In this document: positions 59,912 through 64,000 of the stretch, piece by piece | How positions within the stretch are numbered: the first letter of the stretch is position 1 | How the letters are laid out: every line of letters starts with the position of its first letter | Assembly (NCBI GenBank): GCA_965153285.1 | Contig: OZ229111.1 | Direction: 5' to 3' (one strand) | DNA: 64,000 bases | Origin: Podarcis tiliguerta | Taxonomy: Eukaryota | The notes under the pieces: generated by a model | The model's database searches: none | Seen by the model: only the letters and a program-made list of their open reading frames with translations | What the model was told of the DNA's origin: nothing | Made by a program: the position numbers and the translations under genes

Positions 59912-61007
59912 CTTTGTGTACAAGCATAAATTATCGCTCTGGTGAGCGATAATGAGTTAAACTTTTCCCCAGGTATCTGACTGCTAGCTAGAGGGTTCCA
60001 CTGGCACTCACCTAAAGGGTGTTTCTATTTGCGAGTCAGGATACATCCACATGGAAGTTGTCTCTGCCTACCGCTAAAAGCAGGAAACGCTAAGCTAAGA
60101 GGAAATCTGATCCTCTTCCTGCTTGTTCCAGTTTATTTTTAAAAACACTGTAATTGTTAAATCTGGTTTTTGTTATGTAGTAAAGCTCCTTGATTGAGCT
60201 TAACTTACACAGAGAAGAAATAATTACAGGAAAGAGAAAAAAAGTTATTATACGCCCTGGGTATCAGACCCCCGGGGTGGGTGTGCTCTTCTCAGATTCG
60301 CTTAAACGGAGATGATTGGGATTCAACTTGTGTCACACCACACATGTAAATTAAGTGTTCTGCCACTGAGCCGCAACCTTTCCACCAAGATAGACTTATT
60401 TATTTTCCTTGAATTAACACCTAGAGTAGGCATCCAGTTCTAATCATCATACCGACTGCTTTGGAACTAGTGTTCTGCCAGTGAAAATAATTACAAAAGG
60501 CCACTACCATGTTAAGCTTTTGCATAAAGTAAGATTGTGGGAGCAATGTGGACCAGACACTGATCATGAAAATTTTTAAAATTTGCCCTAGTTTGGATAA
60601 AATACTTTAATGGAGTGAAGGAAGGAAAAATGACTGAAAACACCAGAATTTTTACTTTTAAATATTTTACATGGAAACGGATGTATTCAGAATCTACCTG
60701 TAGACTAACTTAGGTTTCTCTTTTCATTTTAGGTCAGTGAAATGTTAAGTCCTGGAAAAAAGTCTTAGAAGACAAATTTACATTGAGCACAATGTAAACT
60801 TCTTCATCTTAAACACTGAATTAGTGTGCAGTAGTAATCATGTCTATTGAGAAGTAAGTCCTATTGAATTCAGTGGGGTTTATTCCCAAATTAAGTAGTG
60901 TAAGCATTGTAGCCTAAGCCTATGGAATCTCTGTTACTGGATATATGGTTGAGGAAATAAAATGTTATTACAATACTATTCCTTCATCTTTAAAAGTTTG
61001 GGGATAC

Positions 61008-61091
61008 CTGTTCATGCATCAGCTCTTTCAGCTGCGTGATTTTTTCTGCATCTCCTGGGTGAGTAGTAATATAATCTCTATCGAAGAAAGC
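61008..61091 (-). CDS. DOCK3: DOCK3 coding exon (DHR-2)
   Basis: 84 nt. AFFDRDYITTHPGDAEKITQLKELMHEQ. Confidence 0.95.
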
Positions 61092-62279
61092 CTGGGGAAA
61101 GAAGACATTTTTTCCCCATTTAGAAATTCAATAAAAAGTTTCTTAATAACCACAAGAAAGAAAAGAAAAGAGCCTAATAGAAACATAGGGTGCTCTATCA
61201 CCAAGAAACATAGAAACACCATTTACTTAATCTCCTCTAGTATTCTAGAATATACATGCAGCCACAGCACCTTTTTAATGGCCTAGGCAATTCATTTTCA
61301 GACTTGGGATTCACTTCTACCTGCAACATGGGACCCATTTAAAACATTTCACCATGTATGGTTGCCTTCCTATTTTCTCTGTTCTCCCTCCCCTCCCGCT
61401 CTCCTCCTTCCCTTTTCTACCCTGTTTCATACTTTGTCTTCTCTTCTTATATTAGCATAACAGAAAACAAAAAAAGTAGTTGTTATGCTGTTGGTGCAAT
61501 CCTCCTTAGGAGCATGGGTTCAGAACTCAACAGTGCAGACGAATGGCAAAAACAATTCCTTCTTATACAAAGTAATTGCTGTTGAGTAGTGCTGGGAAGA
61601 CCTTTCCAGGACCTTAAAATAAACCTGACCTAACATAATCACTGCATCACTCTTAGACCATGTCTTGAATTTTTTATACTTTCTGTTATTTGTTTATCTT
61701 CAGCAGCTGTGGGAAATGAGAAACATCGGAAATTAATAATATAAAAGGTGAAGTGTGTTTCTTGGGGCTGCATGGCGCAGATGACCCAGAAATGTAGGTC
61801 AACATATTTTGTAAATGTACTTTTAGCAACATACATTTTTAACTAGTATCTGCCAACCAAACTGTAGAGCAGGTCCCTTTAAGCCAATGCTTTTGCTGAA
61901 ATTTAGTGAAGACAAAGATAATTCTTATATATATATATATTTAAAATAAATGTTCAGCATTAGTAAAGGAATGAATTTCAGGGCTATCTAAGGCATCACT
62001 CACTATATTAGCTTCCTAAAATTCAGTATTTTCAGTATTTTACATTATGACCACTTGCTTATGCAGAATGTTCACACCCCCAACATAAAATGTTCGTGGC
62101 TGTCTAGATCAGAATGCAGACCAACAGTTAGGCACAATTTTAATAAAATTCCATCTCGTAAAGAAAATTGGACACAATTTCTTATGCTCTTTCAGATTTT
62201 AAAATTCAATGCAACTGAAAAAAATGGTACTGCGAAGAGCTGCTAACAACAAAACAAAACAGAGTCAACCTTCATTTAC

Positions 62280-62459
62280 CTCCTGATAGCGTGCTATGCC
62301 ACCATTCACAGCAGCATCAATTACTCCATTCAGGCACATACTGAGCAGGTTGATATTCCCATGCATCTGTTTGTGTTGGTACTGGCTTATCAGCGTCCTT
62401 AGCTCCTGGTTTTTGTTCTCCACTACTTGAATGGCATTTTCCAAAGGGCTGACTTCAAC
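62280..62459 (-). CDS. DOCK3: DOCK3 coding exon (DHR-2 catalytic region, AAVNGG motif)
   Basis: 180 nt. VEVSPLENAIQVVENKNQELRTLISQYQHKQMHGNINLLSMCLNGVIDAAVNGGIARYQE. Confidence 0.96.
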
Positions 62460-63014
62460 CTGCAAGACAGCAGAGTCCACTTCAATACCATCAACATTCC
62501 TGTACTGTAAGGTTTTGTTAAGAGCATGCATGTTTTAGTTTTTCTTTCTTGGTGGAGCCCTGGGCAGGGTCCTTCTCTTGGTACAGGCCTTAGGGCTGAG
62601 TGTGCCACACAGCTCTCCAGAAGCTAGTATCGTCTCATGTATGAGAGCAGTAGAGAGCTACGTTGAGAAGGCAGCCAAATCTCTTGTGTGTTGCATGAAG
62701 AGCAGAACCAAAGGTGGACTGCAAACTGAGCCCTCCCCATATTAACCACTTCAAAGTCCATTACACATCCATGTGACATATGTCACTGATTTGCAGCATG
62801 GGTGTTTAAACCAGCTGTCCAGCCACTACAATATCTAACATACTGACTGTGAACAGCTGACAGGCCCTCTTTGAACACGTGGTACTGCTATTCTGATTGT
62901 AGCAGTAAGATACATAACATACATGTTTAACCCATAGAGATGCCAATAGGCAGAAAGTTGCCTATTCTTTTCATTTTAGCTAGCCATTCACTCCTTAAGT
63001 ATAATACATGTTAC

Positions 63015-63101
63015 CAGTTCTCTTCTCTCCACTTCAAACCACCGAGAGATGCCAGGTAAACTGTGAGTCAGGGTTAGAGTTGTGCGTTCAATCCATAAAC
63101 T
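63015..63101 (-). CDS. DOCK3: DOCK3 coding exon (DHR-2); the gene continues beyond the window end
   Basis: 87 nt. SLWIERTTLTLTHSLPGISRWFEVERREL. Confidence 0.95.
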
Positions 63102-64000
63102 CTGCAAACCAAGAAAAGTAACAATATATAGAAAATGCAAAATCCATTGGCCACATTCAGACAATCATATCTCAGCTCAACAAACTAGGAACTAAATGAA
63201 CATTTGGCTGCCTATGCAACTTTTTCACTCCACCCTTTCTGCAAGTTGGCAAACAAACCAGGCAGTCTTCCATTAATTATAGTTTCCCATTTTTCTGGAA
63301 ACCAGAAAACCATGGTTAATGGTTTCAGGATATTAAACTAACGTCATGTTGTGGCTTAATTTTCTAAAATTAATATCAGGTGGTTCAACCAAAATTGGGA
63401 AATGATAGTTAATGGAAGACTTCCACATTTGTTTGGTCACTCACAAGAAGGGAGGATGAAGGATGAAACAACTAAGAGAAAAAGTGATTCCCAAGCATAC
63501 AATATTCTTAACATACTGGACTCGATAAAGTCCATGGTTTAAGCAGTTTAATATACTGGAGGAAAACATAAAAAACCATTCCATTCCAATGCTACTTTTT
63601 TTAAAAACAACAGTATGAAACCTTTCATTTTTTAGCGTTTCAAGCAGCTGCTCCTGGGCCTATTTTTATTAGCCACTTTAAAAGCTCCTATTTAGGTTGC
63701 TTCCAAGAAAAGGTAGAATTTTGTTGTGCAGGGGAGAACAGTACACAGGCTGGAGAACACAACATGGATTATGTTTCTTCTGCAGAACACAGAAGTATAC
63801 TCATGAATATACTTTAGTACATTTTGAATCATTTAAAGCACAATTTCATGCATGTCTACTCCATGTAGTTCAGCAAGGTTTATTTCCAATAAGAAATGCA
63901 TAGGATTGAATTATTTGGTTTTATCAACTTTCAAAGTTTTTCCCCCTAATATTCTTTTTGACACAGGACTCATTTAGATTTAGCAAGTGCTTCATATAGG

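Overview
Vertebrate genomic DNA from a squamate reptile, probably a lacertid lizard (inferred from Sauria-SINE/Squam-type SINEs, CR1, L2, Penelope and DIRS repeats). It holds the conserved DCAF1(VPRBP)-RBM15B-MANF-DOCK3 block. On + are the last two coding exons and 3'UTR of DCAF1. On - are the single-exon RBM15B CDS (925 aa) with its CpG island, the complete 4-exon MANF gene (180 aa, ending RTDL) and the last 12 recognisable coding exons of DOCK3. Splice sites and phases were read by hand and join in frame. Introns and intergenic DNA carry many transposon remnants, and there is a 200-N assembly gap at 50665-50864. I see no convincing wholly new biological system. The best second-look items are: Penelope-like repeats with minimal hammerhead-ribozyme cores and a ~150-bp inverted repeat in the last DCAF1 intron; an internally deleted DIRS tyrosine-recombinase retrotransposon that keeps its ITR/ICR architecture in a DOCK3 intron; two frame-preserving candidate DOCK3 cassette exons; an in-frame uORF just before the RBM15B start; and ERSE-like motifs in the MANF promoter. 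Gene and family names come from recalled sequences, not database searches.
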